From the NCBI GenBank assembly GCA_963813815.1, contig CAWFAD010000014.1:1-20337 (forward strand): 20,337 nt of DNA. Direction: 5' to 3'. How positions within the stretch are numbered: position 1 is the stretch's first letter; each line of letters opens with the position of its first letter. The notes under the pieces are model-generated. The model ran no database searches. It saw nothing but the letters and a program-made list of their open reading frames with translations, and was not told the origin of the DNA. The stretch is from an uncultured bacterium. Its GTDB lineage: Bacteria > Krumholzibacteriota > Krumholzibacteriia > Krumholzibacteriales > Krumholzibacteriaceae. The translations under genes were made by a program, and so were the position numbers. Below, one piece after another: positions 17,116-20,337 of the stretch.

Positions 17116-18507
17116 CTATTCGACGCGCGCGCGGGCCGGGCCGCGGGCGAGGGACGCAAACACGGCGGCGACGCTCAGGACGGAGAAAACGACGAACGCG
17201 AGATGCACGCTTTCGAGAACGCGCCCGTGGAGGGCCGGGGTGATTCGCGCCCCGCCGATGACGAGCGCGAAGACGAGCATCGCGATGCCGAGGCTCAGCA
17301 TCTGTCCGGTCGCGCGCATGGTGCCGAGCGTCGCCGACGCGACGCCGTAGAAGCGGGGCTCGACCGATCCCATGACGGCGTTCGTGTTCGGCGAGGAAAA
17401 GAGCGCGAAGCCGAGCCCGAGCAGCATCAGGTTGAGAACGACGGCGGCGAGCGGCGTCTCCGCGTCGAGAAACACGAAGACGAAGAGCGCCGCCGCGGTG
17501 ATCGCCATGCCGATCGACGCCACGATGCGCGATTCGACCCTGTCGGAGAGCCGCCCCGCGAAGGGGGAAAGCGCCGCCATGACGATCGGCTGCGAGACGA
17601 GCACGACGCCCGCTTCCTGCGGATCGAGCCCTCTGATGTACTGGAGGTAGAGGCTCATGAGAAATCCCACGGCGAAGCTCGCGCTGTAGTTGACGAGCGC
17701 GGCGAGGTTCGAAAAAGCGAAGACCCGGTTCGCGAGAACGAAACGCAGGTCGATGAGGGGATCGCGCGCGCGGAGCTCCCAGAACCCGAACCCGGCGAGC
17801 CCGGCGGCCCCGCCGAGGATAAGCCACGCCGCGCTTCCGGCGGGAAGCCGCGTGAAACCGTACATGAGCGAGGCGAGCGAGGCGCCGTAGAGAGCGGCGC
17901 CCGGCGCGTCGAAACGCTCCCCCTCGGCCCCCGGTCGTTCCCCCTCGAGGCGGAGCGCGGCGAGCGCCGCGACGATCGCTCCGAGCGGAACCGTGACGAG
18001 AAAGATGCTCCGCCAGCCGAGCTGGTGCGTGAGAAAACCGCCGGCGACGGGCCCGAGCGAGAGGCCGAGGTAGGTGGCCGCGACGGTGATGCCGAGCGCC
18101 TTCCCCCGCTCCGCGGGCGGCATGACGGAGGTCACGATGGCGACGCTCGTGCCGAATATCATGGCGGCGCCGATCCCCTGGAGAAGGCGGACTCCGATGA
18201 GAATGCCCGCCGACGGCGCGATCGCGCAGAGGAGCGCGGCGGCCGTGAAGAGCGCCGTGCCGGCGAGAAACACCTTCTTGCGCCCGCGGATGTCGCCGAG
18301 CCTTCCCATGGGCAGCAGAAAAATCGCCGCGGCGAGGATGTAGGAGGTCGCGACCCATCCGAGCGAGACGGCCGAAAGCGCGAACTCCGCTCCGATCGCC
18401 GGGAGCGCGACGTTGATCGAGGACCCCATGAACGGGGCGACGAACGAGGCGATCGCCGCGACGAAAAGCACGGAGCGCTTATCCGGCCCTTTCGCGCGAG
18501 CGCTCAC
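17116..18507 (-). CDS. MFS transporter, DHA2 (14-TMS, EmrB/QacA-like)
   Basis: SSINVALPAI, WVATSYIL, GRLGDIRGRKK (motif A), RLLQGIGAA, ERGKALG, GPVAGGFL...GWRSIF, PLIDL, GRLSDR. GTG start overlaps the upstream TGA (GTGA). Confidence 0.93.
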   Translation of the reverse strand: MSARAKGPDKRSVLFVAAIASFVAPFMGSSINVALPAIGAEFALSAVSLGWVATSYILAAAIFLLPMGRLGDIRGRKKVFLAGTALFTAAALLCAIAPSAGILIGVRLLQGIGAAMIFGTSVAIVTSVMPPAERGKALGITVAATYLGLSLGPVAGGFLTHQLGWRSIFLVTVPLGAIVAALAALRLEGERPGAEGERFDAPGAALYGASLASLMYGFTRLPAGSAAWLILGGAAGLAGFGFWELRARDPLIDLRFVLANRVFAFSNLAALVNYSASFAVGFLMSLYLQYIRGLDPQEAGVVLVSQPIVMAALSPFAGRLSDRVESRIVASIGMAITAAALFVFVFLDAETPLAAVVLNLMLLGLGFALFSSPNTNAVMGSVEPRFYGVASATLGTMRATGQMLSLGIAMLVFALVIGGARITPALHGRVLESVHLAFVVFSVLSVAAVFASLARGPARARVE

Positions 18508-19067
18508 GAGCGCTCCGATTCCGAGAAGCCGTACGTTCCGATCCGCTCGCCGAGGCTCCAGTATTCACCGCCCGCGTAGGCGATGAGCGGAATCCTCGAA
18601 TAATCGACCCGCCCGTTCGCGACGAGATCCTCGTCGGCGCGCCGGGCGACGATCTCGCCGACGAACATGTCGTGCGTGCCGAGCGGAATGACGTTCCTCA
18701 CCTCGCACTCGAAGTTCACGGGGCATTCGGCCACGATCGGCGCCGCGACGGAGATCCCCGGGAGCGGCGTGAGAGCCGCCCGCCTCCACTTGTCGCCGTC
18801 CCGCCCCGAGACGATCCCGCAGAGATCGACCTGACGCAGCATCCCGCGCGAAGGGATGTTCACGGTGAAGCATCCCGACCGCGCGATCATTCCGTGCGAA
18901 TGGCGGCTCGGCCTGATCGATACGTGCACCGCCGGAGGCTCCGAGCAGTCGATCCCCGTCCAGGCGATCGTGAGGAGGTTCGATCCCCCCGCATCGGCGC
19001 AGCCGACGAGCACCACGGGCACCGGCGCGATCATCTGCGACCGGTCGAATTCGATCTTACCCTTCAT
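18504..19067 (-). CDS. flavin reductase family protein (flavoredoxin/DIM6-NTAB-like)
   Basis: ATG at 19067 follows GGAGGAAGG. Motifs PVPVVLV, NLLTIAWTG...EPP.V.VSIRPSRHS, FTVNIP, D.CGIVSGRDGDK, APIVAECPVNFEC, LGTHDMFVGEI. Confidence 0.92.
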   Translation of the reverse strand: MKGKIEFDRSQMIAPVPVVLVGCADAGGSNLLTIAWTGIDCSEPPAVHVSIRPSRHSHGMIARSGCFTVNIPSRGMLRQVDLCGIVSGRDGDKWRRAALTPLPGISVAAPIVAECPVNFECEVRNVIPLGTHDMFVGEIVARRADEDLVANGRVDYSRIPLIAYAGGEYWSLGERIGTYGFSESERS

Positions 19068-19127
19068 GAGCCTTCCTCCGGTTTCGCGGCCCCCGCGGCC
19101 CCGGCCGGGGCCGCCGCTCTCCACACG

Positions 19128-19165
19128 AAAAAACGCCCCTTCCGGCCTTCGTCGAAAGGGGCGTT
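19128..19165 (-). terminator. Rho-independent terminator downstream of the ribonucleotide reductase
   Basis: Plus strand AAAAAACGCCCCTT...AAGGGGCGTT inverted repeat. On the minus strand this is a GC stem followed by T6, starting ~35 nt after the RNR stop. Confidence 0.85.
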
Positions 19166-19199
19166 CACGCTCATGGTGCGGGCGCCGGGACGGCGGCGG

Positions 19200-20337
19200 C
19201 TATCCGCACTTCGAAAAGCCGCATTCGTGGCAGACCGCGCATCCGCTCTCGTGCTCGAGCATCCCGCCGCAATCGGGGCAAAAACCCGCGACCCTCTCCG
19301 ACGGGACCGCGGCCATTTTGACGGCCTTCTTCCCGGCCGGCGTCTTCTTCTCGGCGAGGTAGCGCTCCAGCGCCTTCGCGATGGCGTCGCTGCACGAGAG
19401 TATCATGCCGCCCTTTTCCCATCCGGGATTCGGACAGCGCACGCCGCGGAGCTGCTTGACGATCGATTTCGGATCGAGCCCCGCGCGGAGCGAGAGGGAG
19501 ATGAGACGGCTGATGGCTTCGGCCTGCGACGACGAGCACCCGCCCGCCTTGCCCATCTGCGTGAACACCTCGAAGAGCCCGTGCTCGTCCTCGTTGATCG
19601 TCACGTAGAGGTTGCCGCATCCCGTCGTCATCTTCCGGGTGCTGCCGATGATGACGGACGGACGCGAGCGAGGGGTGAGCAGCGGATCCCCCGCCGCCGT
19701 CGTCTTTTCCTCGGCCCGGTTCACCGAGCCGATGTTGAGCACCTGCTCGTCCCTGCTTCCGTCGCGGTAGATCGTGACGCCCTTGCAGCCGAGCTCGTAG
19801 GCGAGCATGTACACCTTCTCCACGTCCTGCTTCGACGCCGCGTTCGGAAAGTTCACCGTCTTCGACACCGCGTTGTCGGTATACTTCTGGAAAGCGGCCT
19901 GCACCCGCACGTGCCATTCGGGATTGATGTCGTGGGCGGTCGTGAAAATCCGGCGCCATTTCTCGGGTATCTCGGAGATCGCGGCGATCGTGCCCTCGGC
20001 GGCGACGCGCTTCATGAGATCCTCGCTGTAGAACCCCTCGCGTTCGGCGATCTCCTTGAAGAGAGGATTCACCTCCACGAGCTCGTCGCGGTCCATGACG
20101 TTGCGGACGAACGCGACGGCGAAGAGCGGCTCGATACCGCTCGAGCAACCGGCGATGATGCTGAGCGTGCCGGTCGGCGCGATGGTGGTCGTCGTGGCGT
20201 TGCGCATCTTCGTCCCGCCCTCGTGGTCGTACAGACTGCCCTTGAAGGACGGAAAGGTTCCCCGCTCCGCCGCGAGCGCGGCGCTCGCGGCGCGCGATTC
20301 GCGCTGGATGAACCCCATGATCTCCTCGACGACGTCG
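19200..20337 (-). CDS. nrdJ: adenosylcobalamin-dependent (class II) ribonucleotide reductase, C-terminal part with a fused TSCPD-type domain and terminal Zn-ribbon; 5' part off-window
   Basis: RNATTTTIAPTGTLSIIAGCSSGIEP, WHVRVQAAFQKYTDNAVSKTVNFP, GCKGVTIYRDGSRDEQVL, TGCGNLYVTIN, GKAGGC, RLISLSLR.G, QLRGVRC, SCSDAIA (TSCPD-like), CPDCG...ESGCAVCHECGFSKCG. Confidence 0.93.
   Translation of the reverse strand, partial: DVVEEIMGFIQRESRAASAALAAERGTFPSFKGSLYDHEGGTKMRNATTTTIAPTGTLSIIAGCSSGIEPLFAVAFVRNVMDRDELVEVNPLFKEIAEREGFYSEDLMKRVAAEGTIAAISEIPEKWRRIFTTAHDINPEWHVRVQAAFQKYTDNAVSKTVNFPNAASKQDVEKVYMLAYELGCKGVTIYRDGSRDEQVLNIGSVNRAEEKTTAAGDPLLTPRSRPSVIIGSTRKMTTGCGNLYVTINEDEHGLFEVFTQMGKAGGCSSSQAEAISRLISLSLRAGLDPKSIVKQLRGVRCPNPGWEKGGMILSCSDAIAKALERYLAEKKTPAGKKAVKMAAVPSERVAGFCPDCGGMLEHESGCAVCHECGFSKCG

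Noticed and set aside
1..20337. CRISPR arrays, tRNA/rRNA, IS elements, prophage or defence genes
   Set aside because: No spaced direct repeats, RNA gene signatures, transposase, integrase or nuclease motifs were seen. Composition is uniform apart from short promoter tracts.

Overview
High-GC bacterial chromosomal window, densely coding with about 17 genes. It looks like a long-read/MAG-type consensus with clustered indel errors (bases ~1-900 and ~5870-6720, plus single indels in lepA and the C1A protease). Gene order: ChaN/EreA-like protein (-, runs off the left edge); beta-alpha fused ADP-forming acyl-CoA synthetase (+); orphan putative lipoprotein with a sigma-54-like promoter and eight G-x-[FL]-x-G-x-[WFY] repeats (+); LysR regulator (-) divergent from myo-inositol-1-phosphate synthase (+), with twin ATAA-N7-TTAT boxes between them; a minus-strand cluster DUF2179-type membrane protein > atypical type II P-type ATPase (PEEF) > beta-carbonic anhydrase > Cys-rich small protein > acylphosphatase > DegP/DegQ; lepA-hemW (+); and a minus-strand run of class II B12-dependent ribonucleotide reductase (partial) > flavin reductase > DHA2 MFS > papain-like C1A protease. 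No rRNA, tRNA, CRISPR or mobile element was seen. Best novelty candidates: the ATPase/carbonic anhydrase cluster, the sigma-54-linked repeat lipoprotein, and LysR control of ino1. All family assignments come from recognising motifs by eye, not from database searches.
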